Part shown: positions 48,553 through 58,288 of the stretch, one piece after another
Layout: the number at the start of each line of letters is the position of its first letter
Numbering within the stretch: position 1 is the first letter of the stretch
DNA from: an uncultured bacterium
Lineage (GTDB): Bacteria > Chloroflexota > UBA5177 > JANWHV01
DNA length: 64,000 nt
Assembly (NCBI GenBank): GCA_963827235.1
Contig: CAWHAE010000009.1
Coordinates: forward strand, 1,152,001 to 1,216,000
Direction: 5' to 3'
Position numbers and translations under genes: made by a program
Notes under the pieces: model-generated
Databases searched by the model: none
Seen by the model: only the letters and a program-made list of their open reading frames with translations
Told to the model about the DNA's origin: nothing

Positions 48553-51500
48553 TCTCTCCCCGTTGCTCGTGCCGAGTGAGATGGTTTGTGCCGGTGGGTT
48601 AGTCGCAGCGCTCACAGGTGAGGGCGACAGGGGCGTTGTCTGCTGCGGTGGTCCATCCACTGCAAAGGCGACTGCCCACGCGTGCTGCACTCGTGCCGCC
48701 CATGCCAATAGCCCAGCGCGCTCGCCTGTGGTGAGACGAGCCTCGACGCGTGCCAATGCCGCGGCGCTCGCCTCGAGGTCGCCGTGCGACAGGCTGGTCT
48801 CGGCAAGCCAAAGATCGATTTGTGTTTGGAGGTGCGGTGCGCACAGCGATGCACACAGGGTGCGTGCGTCTTCGAACAGCGCTGCAGCCGCGTCCAGATC
48901 ACCGCGATCGTAGGCGATACGACCCAGATTCATCTGATAGCGCGCGAAGAGCTCCTGGTTCCCATGGCGCTCCGCCTCGGCCTGCCCCCGTCGAAACCAC
49001 TCCTCTGCCTCACTCCACCGCCCTTCTGCCAAGGCAATCTCGCCCTGTGTGCCATGGAGCCACTGGGACGGGAGGTCTAGCCTCTGCGCCCGCGCCACAC
49101 GCACGCCGGCGTCGACATACGCGTGCGCGCGGCCGTGGTCGCCGTACAGCAGTGCGTGGTGCGATGCATGGTTGGAAGCTAGCGCTTCCCAATAGCCGTC
49201 TCTAGCTTCCTGTGCCAGGCCCATTGCCGTCTCACATGCCACAAGGGCGCCGGCAACGTCCCCGCGTTCGGCGAGCACGTGGCCGAGCTCCAAACGTCCT
49301 CGGGTCTCCAGCAGTATGAGGCGATGCTCTGCGGCCAGGCGTATCGTGTGGGCAAGATGCGTCCCTGCCTCGGCCAAGGACCCGCGATCGCGCCGGTCCA
49401 GACCAAGCAAGAGATGAGCGTATGCACATGCCTCCGGTTCCTGCTCGGTTTCGAGATAGGCCAGGCTCCGCTCAGCCCAGCGCACATGCGCTTCTGGCCG
49501 GCAGGACTGGGCCTCAACCTCGGCGAGTCCGAGCGCGGCCCGCGCGGCCTCTATCCACTCGCCGGCGGCCTCATAGCGCTCCAGTGCCGACATGTAGGCG
49601 GCTTGCGCGCTCGGAAGATCCCCTGCGCGGACAAGCGCGCGCCCTAGCCCCATGTAGCGCTCAGGCGTCGGTTCAAACGTCAGGGCTCGCTGGAAGAATG
49701 CGGCAGCCTCGGTCGGTGCCGCGAGCCCCAAGGCGTGCTGGGCGGCCATATCGGCGAAGTGCGCTGCCGTGCTCGAGAGCCGCGCGGCGGCGTAATGCTC
49801 GGTGAGCCGGCCGGCCAGCACAGGCAGGTGTTCACGTCGGGTGACTGCCGACAGCGCTTCGGCAGCACGGCGATGCAGTACGGCGCGGCGCGCGCCACCA
49901 AGGTCGCTCCGCACGATGGCGGCAACAAGCGGATGGGTGAAGCGGTACCCGCCGTCCCCTTCGATCAGCATCGCGGCGGCGGTGAGCGCGTCCACTGCGT
50001 CGAGCGTTTCCTCCTCGCTTCGCCCGCTCACCTCGCACAATGCCGCGAAGCCGCCGCCCGGCTCGAGCACCGCTGCCGCGTGCAGGACATCCTGTGCAGC
50101 CTCGGGTAACCGGGAGAGGCGTGCCCGCACGAGGTCGGCCAGTGAGCCCGGCACAGCTCCGCGTGGCGCGCGGGCCAGCTCGATGAGAAAATAGGGATTG
50201 CCCCCACTGAGCGCGTGCGCCTCGGCTGCATCTTCCGGGCTGCCGCCTGCCGCGGCGAAGAGGGTCTCCCCGGCAGTGGATGTCAAGCGAGAGAGCGCCA
50301 CTGTCCGCGCCACTCCCAAATGCTGCCAGGTGGCGAGGAGCCGCGCCAGCCCCGGCGACTCGTCGCCGGAGCGGTAGGAGGCTACCAGCAACAGCGGCAC
50401 GTCGCGGAGGCGTCGCACCAGGAAGGCGAGCCAGGAGAGCGTCGTGCTGTCGGCCCACTGGAGGTCGTCAACCCACAGAATCAGCGGAGCCGCAACGAGG
50501 GCGCTCACGCACTGCGTGAGCGCCTCGAAGAGTCGGCTCTGTTCCTCGGCCGGGGGAAGGTCGGCGCGCCGCGGCAGATCGGGGCGCGTGAGGCCGATGT
50601 CGGGAAGCAGACGGGCAACCTCGGCCAGCCAGATCGGAGCTACCGGGCACTGGCGGGCGAGCAGGCGCTGGCGCACGGCGCGTCCGGCCAACAGGTCGAT
50701 CACCGGCGCGAGTGGCAGGAGCTGCACAGCCTCAAGGCAGAGCATCTCCAGGACCGTCGACTGACGTGGCAAGGCTGCCGACCATTCACACCACAGTCGT
50801 GTCTTGCCGATGCCTGCCTCTCCCGTCAACAGTGCCACGCGCGCATGACCCTGTGAGACGTACCGCAGCTCATCGTCCAGTATCGCCAGGTCGGCGGCGC
50901 GCTCCATGAACGGCGTCTTCCCAGGCGCGGCACTACCGTACTCGTGGCGACCTGCAAGGGTCGCGTCCGCCACGGCGGGGAGGGTTCCCGCCACGATACG
51001 CGCTCGCATTGCGTCGCTTTCCGGCAGCGGTACCACGCCGAGCTCACGTTCCAGGGTCGTCCGTAGCGTGTCGTACCACCCGAGGGCTCGAGCGCGGTCG
51101 CCAAGCATGGCATGCGCCTCCATCAGTGTGCGGTAGGTGGGTTCATGCAAGGGATCCACGGCGAGAGCACGCTCCGCCACGGAGATGATCTCATCCCACC
51201 CGGCCCGTGAGCGGAGCATGCCGATCAGAGCGCCAAATAGATACACCTGGACACGGGCCAATCGCTCGCGCTCCGCCGCGAGCCAGAGCTCGAAATCCGG
51301 CGCCTCCGTGAGCAAGAGTCCCTCGACCAAGGTCCCTCGATACAAGGCAATGACCTGGCGCAAGTTTTCCAGGGGCAGTACCGTCGCGCCGTTATCCTTG
51401 CAGCGCACAGCCGCAGCGTCAAACTCCCACAAGTCGACGCGCAGCGCGCGGTGGAGGGCGAGGTGCTCTGCCGACGCCACCACTACATCCTGGCCAAGCG

Positions 51501-51726
51501 TTTCGTGGAGAGACCACAGCACATTGCGCAAGTTCTTGCGCGCGGCCACCGAGGAACTCTCGCCCCACAGGAGAACCTGGAGGTGCTCACGCGTCTGCGG
51601 CAACCTCGATGCGGCAAGATAGGCCAGAAGGGCAACGGACTTGGCCCGCCGGACCACCGCGCCTTGGTCCCCTCGCAGGAAGCGCGGCGGCCCCAGGAGG
51701 TCGAGCTGTACAATGGACTGTTCCAC
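48511..51726 (-). CDS. SARP-type regulator: winged HTH-BTAD-STAND ATPase-TPR
   Basis: LLGPP, ALLAYLA, LYRGTL..APDFELWL, DPLHE, GEAGIGKT, VDDLQWAD, GGNPYFL, FTHPLV, helical repeats. GTG after GGAG. Confidence 0.92.
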   Translation of the reverse strand: MEQSIVQLDLLGPPRFLRGDQGAVVRRAKSVALLAYLAASRLPQTREHLQVLLWGESSSVAARKNLRNVLWSLHETLGQDVVVASAEHLALHRALRVDLWEFDAAAVRCKDNGATVLPLENLRQVIALYRGTLVEGLLLTEAPDFELWLAAERERLARVQVYLFGALIGMLRSRAGWDEIISVAERALAVDPLHEPTYRTLMEAHAMLGDRARALGWYDTLRTTLERELGVVPLPESDAMRARIVAGTLPAVADATLAGRHEYGSAAPGKTPFMERAADLAILDDELRYVSQGHARVALLTGEAGIGKTRLWCEWSAALPRQSTVLEMLCLEAVQLLPLAPVIDLLAGRAVRQRLLARQCPVAPIWLAEVARLLPDIGLTRPDLPRRADLPPAEEQSRLFEALTQCVSALVAAPLILWVDDLQWADSTTLSWLAFLVRRLRDVPLLLVASYRSGDESPGLARLLATWQHLGVARTVALSRLTSTAGETLFAAAGGSPEDAAEAHALSGGNPYFLIELARAPRGAVPGSLADLVRARLSRLPEAAQDVLHAAAVLEPGGGFAALCEVSGRSEEETLDAVDALTAAAMLIEGDGGYRFTHPLVAAIVRSDLGGARRAVLHRRAAEALSAVTRREHLPVLAGRLTEHYAAARLSSTAAHFADMAAQHALGLAAPTEAAAFFQRALTFEPTPERYMGLGRALVRAGDLPSAQAAYMSALERYEAAGEWIEAARAALGLAEVEAQSCRPEAHVRWAERSLAYLETEQEPEACAYAHLLLGLDRRDRGSLAEAGTHLAHTIRLAAEHRLILLETRGRLELGHVLAERGDVAGALVACETAMGLAQEARDGYWEALASNHASHHALLYGDHGRAHAYVDAGVRVARAQRLDLPSQWLHGTQGEIALAEGRWSEAEEWFRRGQAEAERHGNQELFARYQMNLGRIAYDRGDLDAAAALFEDARTLCASLCAPHLQTQIDLWLAETSLSHGDLEASAAALARVEARLTTGERAGLLAWAARVQHAWAVAFAVDGPPQQTTPLSPSPVSAATNPPAQTISLGTSNGERGTDRGTVRGTDSA

Positions 51727-51910
51727 AGCAGTGGCTCCGCAGCGCCTCTTTCGCACGCAAGTATACACCGGCCCGGGACTTGCGACCATGAACCGGCTTC
51801 GGCCGGGCATGTGTCACGATTGTGGTCATCCAGATCAACCGGAATCCGTACCGGCGTGTGCGATTGCCGCCGACGCAGTCTGTGTCGCTCCTGGCGAGCA
51901 GTGGGGCGTG

Positions 51911-51974
51911 AGGGACGGACAAAGGGACAGATCGAAGGACGAGACACGGGACAGCGCGCGTGTAGGATGCGAGT
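51911..51974 (+). promoter_or_regulatory. Copy 2 of the 12-bp-periodic GGGAC + TAGGATGCGAGT promoter motif
   Basis: GGAC at 51913, 51925, 51937, 51949; TAGGAT 51963-51968; 10-nt gap. Confidence 0.65.
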
Positions 51975-52326
51975 GCAGGTGACGCCCGGGAACAGGCCCG
52001 ACACGGCCGTCGGGCTGAAGCTGGGTGTTCTGGCACGCCGCGGTGAGCCCACGCTGGAAAGCGAGGTGAAGGCGAAGGCTATCGTGGCCCGCCATGCAGA
52101 TGGTGTGCAGGAAGCAACCATGCCCACGCCACAGCGGGAGCAGCCGCAGAAGAATGAGGCGGGCTGGGCGCGCAGTCGCGGCCAGAAGGCACCTGCCGTG
52201 GAGCGGGTCGACTCAGGCGCCACGATGCCGATTGGGACATGAGTCGGCAGTGACGAAGCGGGACCGCGACGACTGATGCACTGCACGGCGACAGCTTGGC
52301 GACGGCACGACAGCGGAAGGACAGAC

Positions 52327-53007
52327 ATGATGGCAGAATCGTCTGCAATGAGCGACACGCAAATCCAGCAGGATGTCCTGCGGGAGTTGCGCTGGGACAG
52401 TCGGGTCGAGGCACCCGATGTCGGCGTGGCAGTGCACCACGGCGTGGTGACGCTGACCGGCACAGTCGAAAGCTATGCCACGAAGCTCGCGGCGGCTGAG
52501 GCTGCGCACCGGGTGGCAGGTGTCCAGGATGTCGCCAACGACCTCACGATCAAGCTGCCGGGCATTGGCGACCGGACCGATGCGGAGATTGCGCAGGCGG
52601 TGCGGCAGGCCCTGGCCTGGGATCCGCTCGTGCCTGATGAGCACATCCAGAGCACGGTAAGCAACGGCTGGGTCACGATCACGGGGAAGGTTGACCGCTG
52701 GGCGCAACGGGAGGACGCCGCGCATGCCATCCGTCACCTCTGGGGCGTCCTGGGCGTGACCAATGAGATCACGATCAGCGCGCCGCAGGTGGATCCCGCG
52801 AGCATTCGCACCGCCATCGAGGAGGCGCTGGACCGTCGCGCCGACCGCGAGGCCGGGCGGATCCACGTGCAGGTCAAAGACGGCATCGTGACGTTAACCG
52901 GCAGCGTGCGCTCCTGGGCGGAAAAGCAGGCCGTAGTCGGCGCCGCCGGGCACGCAAAAGGTGTCAGCGGTGTACGCGATGAGCTGGGCATCAAGCCACT
53001 TGCTTGA
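52327..53007 (+). CDS. Triple BON domain protein (OsmY-like)
   Basis: Three repeats of G.VTL.G.V...GV..V.N.L; GGAAGGA SD. Confidence 0.93.
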   Translation: MMAESSAMSDTQIQQDVLRELRWDSRVEAPDVGVAVHHGVVTLTGTVESYATKLAAAEAAHRVAGVQDVANDLTIKLPGIGDRTDAEIAQAVRQALAWDPLVPDEHIQSTVSNGWVTITGKVDRWAQREDAAHAIRHLWGVLGVTNEITISAPQVDPASIRTAIEEALDRRADREAGRIHVQVKDGIVTLTGSVRSWAEKQAVVGAAGHAKGVSGVRDELGIKPLA

Positions 53008-53228
53008 CCAGGGCTATCCGGGGATTGGCAGCTTTCGGCACTGCGGTCGTCGGCGTGCCGGAAGCCGGTTATTGGTGGTGGCCCCTAGCCTGTGCGGCGA
53101 CAACTCGGGAAACAACGTCAAGGGCAGGTGAGGGCGGCGCTACGAGCTGCGAGCTGGGTAGATGAGATATGGGAGCGTCGAGCAGCGACGCCAACGCCGC
53201 ACGCTGCAGCGTACAGGGAGAATCGAGC

Positions 53229-53897
53229 ATGACAACCCCTTCTGATATGGTCTGCGAGCACATCAACAAACTGATCGCCTACGGGCAACGGGTCTACGAT
53301 TCCGACGGCAACAAGCTTGGAACGGTCGGACTGTATGACACCAGGACGGGATGGATGACCGTGGAAAAGGGTGCTTTTGTGCACCATGCGCTGTACATCC
53401 CCTTCAGTGTCATCGCCACGATCGACGAGCGAGAGATCGGTCTCAGCCTGTTGAAAGATGACCTGTTGGCCGTCTATACCAATCCGCCCACGCGCACGAC
53501 GCTGGTGAAGGACACGGCGACTCCCGGCGCGAGCGCGGTTGAGCACGTGGCGGTGACCACCGTCCCCAGTGGCTATACGGGCGCGCCGGTGCAGGTGGAC
53601 TCGACCAATCTTGACCAGATCAAGCGGCAGATCGAGATCGGGATGCGCGTGTTCGATGTTTACGGCGAGAAGGTGGGCACGATAGACGCCTTCAATACCG
53701 CTCGCGACTATCTGGAGATCCGGAAGAGCAGGTTTCTGACCCATGACCTGTTTGTCCCGCTGGCGCTCGTGGACAGCGTGGACCTGGTCGCGCGCGACGT
53801 CCAACTTGCGGTCACCAAGGACCACCTCAGGCGGGTATGCGTCGTGATGCGAGCGGGCGACTCTACTCCCGGCACCATTGAGGTTCCGGCCAACTAA
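53229..53897 (+). CDS. Tandem PRC-barrel/DUF2171-like protein
   Basis: GQRVYDSDGNKLGTV..VEKGAF..LYIP and GMRVFDVYGEKVGTI..IRKSRF..LFVP. Confidence 0.8.
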   Translation: MTTPSDMVCEHINKLIAYGQRVYDSDGNKLGTVGLYDTRTGWMTVEKGAFVHHALYIPFSVIATIDEREIGLSLLKDDLLAVYTNPPTRTTLVKDTATPGASAVEHVAVTTVPSGYTGAPVQVDSTNLDQIKRQIEIGMRVFDVYGEKVGTIDAFNTARDYLEIRKSRFLTHDLFVPLALVDSVDLVARDVQLAVTKDHLRRVCVVMRAGDSTPGTIEVPAN

Positions 53898-53989
53898 CGA
53901 GGCGGCATCCGCAGCGAGCGTTGTGGCGGCGGTTGGCGGGATAGCGGCATACGGCAAGACAGCAGAGCTTTAGCAGAGGAGAGTTATCG

Positions 53990-54547
53990 ATGGCCAAGCC
54001 AGACAGCACACTTCAGGAAGGCAAGGTCGAGGTACAGGCGGCAAAGGGCAGCGGTACCGCCCTGCAGCCACGTGAGGAACGGGGCCTGCGACGCAGGGAA
54101 CCGTCTGATCTGTTTGAGGATATGCAGCGGGAGATGGCACGGTTCTGGAACCAGCTGAGCCCGTTCGCGGGTTGGTCGCCGTTCCGAGCTCCACGAGTCT
54201 GGGCGCAGACCGGCCCGGCGTGGGAGCCGACTGCTGACGTCTATGAGAAGGACGACAACCTCATCGTCAAGGCTGAGCTGCCCGGGGTCAAGAAGGAGGA
54301 CATCGACATCGAGCTTGACCAGGAGAGCTTGATTATCCGCGGTGAGCGTCACGGGGAGCACGAGGTGCGAGACGAGCAATTCTACCGCAGCGAGCGCAGC
54401 TACGGCAGCTTCTATCGCCGGCTCCCTGTACCTGAGGGGGTGCGGCCCGATCAAATCCACGCGAGCTTTGCCGATGGCGTGCTCGAGGTCCGCATGCCAA
54501 AGCCAAAGGAAGTGGAAGCGAAGCGCCAGAAGATCAACGTGAAGTAG
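53990..54547 (+). CDS. Hsp20/alpha-crystallin small heat shock protein
   Basis: DVYE, AELPGVKKEDI, ERSYGSFYRRLP, ASFADGVLEV. Confidence 0.96.
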   Translation: MAKPDSTLQEGKVEVQAAKGSGTALQPREERGLRRREPSDLFEDMQREMARFWNQLSPFAGWSPFRAPRVWAQTGPAWEPTADVYEKDDNLIVKAELPGVKKEDIDIELDQESLIIRGERHGEHEVRDEQFYRSERSYGSFYRRLPVPEGVRPDQIHASFADGVLEVRMPKPKEVEAKRQKINVK

Positions 54548-54601
54548 CGTGACCCTCGCGGCAAGGGAGACTCCCGGATTCCTCACCTCAAAGCCGTCTC
54601 G

Positions 54602-54638
54602 CAGGTAGCCACCGCCAGCGACGTGCGGTGGCTACCTG
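54602..54638. terminator. 14-bp perfect stem-loop between convergent hsp20 and aqpZ units
   Basis: caggtagccaccgc-N9-gcggtggctacctg. Confidence 0.6.
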
Positions 54639-54722
54639 ACATTATCTCGTGCAGGCACGTGCCGGCACTATCAAGACGGCACATATCTCCACAGACTCGG
54701 TCGGCGGTGACTTCTGGAAATC

Positions 54723-54914
54723 CTAATGGCAGGGATCAAGGTCGCCGCGAAGCTCACCCAGGGCAGGTAGGACAGCAACAAGAATGCGCCAAGGCGGGAG
54801 TCCCGCGCCATCGCCCAGATAGTCAGGACCAGCTATTGCCACTGCGCCCCCGCCCTCACGTACCAGCACGCAACCGACCAGAGCCCGCAGATCTTTGACC
54901 GTGAAAGTATCCAT
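54723..54914 (-). CDS. Short ORF downstream of aqpZ, possible gene remnant
   Basis: ATG 14 nt after the aqpZ stop; protein-like N-terminus MDTFTVKDLRALV. No firm motif. Confidence 0.25.
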   Translation of the reverse strand: MDTFTVKDLRALVGCVLVREGGGAVAIAGPDYLGDGAGLPPWRILVAVLPALGELRGDLDPCH

Positions 54915-54928
54915 GAGCAGTGAGCGAC

Positions 54929-55684
54929 CTATGAGCGCTCCGCCTGCTGGCTGGGGAGCGACCGCTCCGCCTGCGTGGCAGTCAAGAACGATGCCGGCGA
55001 GTGCACGACTGCATAGATGGCCGCAGCCACTGCCGCACCGATCAGTGGTGCCACGATAAACAGCCAGAGCTGGCCGAGCGCCCAGCCGCCTACGAACAGG
55101 GCGGGCCCAATGCTGCGAGCCGGATTCACCGATGTATTGTCGACCGGGATACCGACCAGGTGGATCACGGTCAGAACCAGGCCGATACCAAGCCCGGCGA
55201 AGCCCACGGGGGCCTTGATGTCGGTGGTGCCGAGCACGGTGAAGACGAGAAAGAAGGTCAGCACCACTTCCGCGACGAACGCAGCCAGGAGACTGTACTG
55301 GCCCGGTGAATGGTTGCCGAAGCCGTTGGCGCCGAAGCCTCTGGCGCCGGGATCGTAGCCGCCCGGCGCACCCTTCGCGATGACAAGGAGCAACACTGCC
55401 GCGACGATTGCTCCCACTACCTGGGCCACGATGTACCCGGGGACGTCCCGGCTAGCCATCTTCTTGCTGAGCCACACTCCGAGTGTGACGGCCGGATTGA
55501 CGTGACAGCCAGAAACCGGCCCGATGGCGTAAACCATGGCGAGCAAAGAGAGCCCAAAGGCGACGGCCACGCCGAGATTGCCAATCTTCGCGCCGGCAAC
55601 GACGGCACTACCGACACCACCGAAGACCAATACGAATGTGCCGACGCATTCGGCGAGATACTTGTTCCACGCAAGGCCTGCCAT
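54929..55684 (-). CDS. aqpZ: Aquaporin Z
   Basis: SGCHVNPAVT and NTSVNPARS (two NPA motifs), ANGFGNHSPG, QLWLFIVAP. Confidence 0.93.
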   Translation of the reverse strand: MAGLAWNKYLAECVGTFVLVFGGVGSAVVAGAKIGNLGVAVAFGLSLLAMVYAIGPVSGCHVNPAVTLGVWLSKKMASRDVPGYIVAQVVGAIVAAVLLLVIAKGAPGGYDPGARGFGANGFGNHSPGQYSLLAAFVAEVVLTFFLVFTVLGTTDIKAPVGFAGLGIGLVLTVIHLVGIPVDNTSVNPARSIGPALFVGGWALGQLWLFIVAPLIGAAVAAAIYAVVHSPASFLTATQAERSLPSQQAERS

Positions 55685-56079
55685 GTCTCTACCTCCCGCG
55701 TTGCGGTGTGGCCGCAGCGATCGCCATACACCCACAGCGTGTTTCACTGCGCGCCGCTGCCGGCCCTCTCCGGATGACCTCGCCAGGAGGATGGTGCCGG
55801 TCCGGCATCGCTACGATCCGCAGCCAGCCCGATTCTACACCTCCGCAGGGTGCAGGTCGAGAAGAGGTCTCCGCAGCATGCGAAAAGGCGTGCGACGCCT
55901 CGTAGGCGGCCGCCATACCAGGCAAGAACTTGGTATGATGGCCCCCGGCCGGCGGCGGTGAAGCCGCCTAAGTGCCCGGGCCTGGCATCGTGCCACCCGA
56001 CCAGGCTAGCATCCGGCGTCGTGGGTAGTACGTGAGGCCTGGGCGGCTATTGCGTATCGCCGAGCAGAGAGGGTAAGCA

Positions 56080-56268
56080 ATGAACGACGACGACAGTGAA
56101 GATCAGCACCCAGACCGCGAGAGTGAATTCCACCTGGCCTTATCCGAGGAAGACCGCAAGCTGCTCGACGAGCTAGCGGGCCGCATGGGCGTATCCCGCG
56201 CGGAGACGATCCGCCGGGCTCTTCATCTGGCCAAGTCCATCCAGGATATGCACATGTGGGCGAGGTAG
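56080..56268 (+). CDS. Ribbon-helix-helix (CopG-like) protein
   Basis: FHLALSEEDRKLLDELAGRMGVSRAETIRRAL; GAGGG SD. Confidence 0.75.
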   Translation: MNDDDSEDQHPDRESEFHLALSEEDRKLLDELAGRMGVSRAETIRRALHLAKSIQDMHMWAR

Positions 56269-56477
56269 CCCGCGGAGCGATGAGTGGGCCTGTCCGCAGA
56301 GCCACGACGGCCGCGGAGTGGTAGGCGAAGCGGAGCAAGCGTACGCTGGTGCCGTCCCGGATGTTCTTCCAGGCTGCCTACACCCTCGAGTCCGGCCCGC
56401 GCGATCCGCAAGAGCCGACACCGCGCAGGTGCCGCCTTGAGCTGTCGCTTCCGTGGCACGTGCCGGCAATCGTCAGT

Positions 56478-56996
56478 CTACTCCGATCCGGGCGCCGAAA
56501 ACCACGTCAAGTCATAGGCGACGGCGAACTGGGACGTCCGCAGCTCCAGCGTGCTCAATAGAATGCCAAATGCCGTCAGGCCGGTGCCGGCCAGGAAAAC
56601 CAGCAGCGCCAGCTCGCCCAGCCACGTTACTACGCTGCCCTGGGCTGCCACGGCGATCACGAACATGTCGAGGAAGAACACGATAGTCGCGTAGTTGACA
56701 CTCAGGACGCTCTTTCGCAGCAAGGCATGACGGCGCACGAGGTTTGGCAACTGCGCTTCGATTTCCTGGAGCCGTTGCGCGGGAAGAGACGGCAGGGCAG
56801 CGGGCCCCGGAGGCTCTGCTCCCGCATGAGCGCCGGCCAGCGCCAGGGCTCGGTGCTCCTGTGATAGGGCGCGCAGCCGATCGTTGAGGAAGGCGTAGCG
56901 ACTCAGCAAACTGCCGAGCACGATGGCACAGGTGGAGACCATGACCACCGGCGCCAGAATGAACTGAATGGTTCGGGTCACGACCTCGAGACTCAT
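56478..56996 (-). CDS. DUF2721 membrane protein
   Basis: IQFILAPVVMVS, RY..LNDRLRAL, two C-terminal TMs. Confidence 0.8.
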   Translation of the reverse strand: MSLEVVTRTIQFILAPVVMVSTCAIVLGSLLSRYAFLNDRLRALSQEHRALALAGAHAGAEPPGPAALPSLPAQRLQEIEAQLPNLVRRHALLRKSVLSVNYATIVFFLDMFVIAVAAQGSVVTWLGELALLVFLAGTGLTAFGILLSTLELRTSQFAVAYDLTWFSAPGSE

Positions 56997-57129
56997 CGCA
57001 GGCTCCGCGTCGAATACGGCGCGCGTCCAGGCAGCCTCTCCCGCGCATAGCTCTGCGCTACGAGCAGGCACCCCTTCATCCGGCACGCTGTGCCCCGCGC
57101 ACCGCAAAGACCAGGGGCCGCGGAACCGC

Positions 57130-58284
57130 TCATCCTGCCTCTTCCTTGAGCTGCAAGAAGGCATGCGGGTCGACGCGCCAGGCGCCCATCGCGTTCCCGG
57201 CAAACTCACAGGCGGTGGCGGACGCACGACTCCTGGGCGAGAGCTCCATGCCCCAGGTCGCGCTCATACTGACGGCCGTGTGGGCCAGGTCAAGCGTTCC
57301 GCCCTCCAAGACGCGAATACCGGAACTCCCTGTGCCGACGACGCGGCAGTCGACCATGGCAAATGCAGCGTCGTTCGACACGATGACGCCATTCCCCTCG
57401 CACCGGCGCACCGTGACATTCTCGGCGCAGTGGTTGCCGCCGCCTCCCACGTAGATGCCCGTCTCAGTCGTGCCATCGATCTCGCTGTCTTCGATAACGC
57501 AGGCCTGGCCGTCATGACCGCCGGGTACGTACAGGCCCGGTTGGTCGATATAGACGCCGTACCTACCGCTCAGGATTCTCGACCGATAGATCAGCACACC
57601 GCATCCCACCGCCGCGTGCACGCCACAGCCCGTGGCGGCAATCGCACAAGCCTTCAGCTCACATGACGCCCGGTTGCTCACCGAGACCCCCCGCCCGTCC
57701 CGTCGCGCGTTCCGCACACGAACACGCTCCAACACCGCGTGTGTGCCAACGCCCTGGACCCCGATCCCGGCGCGGGCCGCGCACGCGAGGAGACAGCCCC
57801 GCATGGACAACGAGCCCTGCTGGACGGCCACTGCTGTGAGGTCAGCCGCACCGGTGCAGCGAAGGGTCAGGCCGTGCAGTATTGCGGCTCCTCCCGCCAC
57901 GACCACGCAAGGCACACCCACCGTGGCGATCACGGGAAGCCCCGCATGGCCAACGCCCACGATCTCGAGTGGCTTGTCGATGGTGAGCGCCTCGGTGTAG
58001 ACTCCCGGCCACACGAGAATGCGGCTCATCGGCTCCACGTGCCGGATAGCTTCGGCGATCGAGCGGAACTGGGCCAGCTCTCCCGGTCCCACGGTCACGA
58101 CGCTGCCGCGGCACGACTGTGACTCCGGAAGGCGAGGCGCGAGGACTGCAGAGTCGCCGGGCGGCGTGGCCCTGGAATGACACACCACCGTGCCCGAGCC
58201 CGCGTTCGCCTGCGGTACCTCCACGGGCCTGCGTGTATCAGGACGCAGACGGGTGACTTCGCACCCGTATTGTGACTTCAGCAT
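57130..58284 (-). CDS. Right-handed parallel beta-helix (pectin-lyase-like) repeat protein
   Basis: FRSIAEAI..ILVWPGVYTEALTIDKPLEIVG, then repeated G[IV]xV beta-helix rungs. Confidence 0.82.
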   Translation of the reverse strand: MLKSQYGCEVTRLRPDTRRPVEVPQANAGSGTVVCHSRATPPGDSAVLAPRLPESQSCRGSVVTVGPGELAQFRSIAEAIRHVEPMSRILVWPGVYTEALTIDKPLEIVGVGHAGLPVIATVGVPCVVVAGGAAILHGLTLRCTGAADLTAVAVQQGSLSMRGCLLACAARAGIGVQGVGTHAVLERVRVRNARRDGRGVSVSNRASCELKACAIAATGCGVHAAVGCGVLIYRSRILSGRYGVYIDQPGLYVPGGHDGQACVIEDSEIDGTTETGIYVGGGGNHCAENVTVRRCEGNGVIVSNDAAFAMVDCRVVGTGSSGIRVLEGGTLDLAHTAVSMSATWGMELSPRSRASATACEFAGNAMGAWRVDPHAFLQLKEEAG

Positions 58285-58288
58285 GATT

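Noticed and set aside
52120-52242. 40-aa ORF in the BON leader
   Set aside because: Only a weak SD, with no motif or other support.
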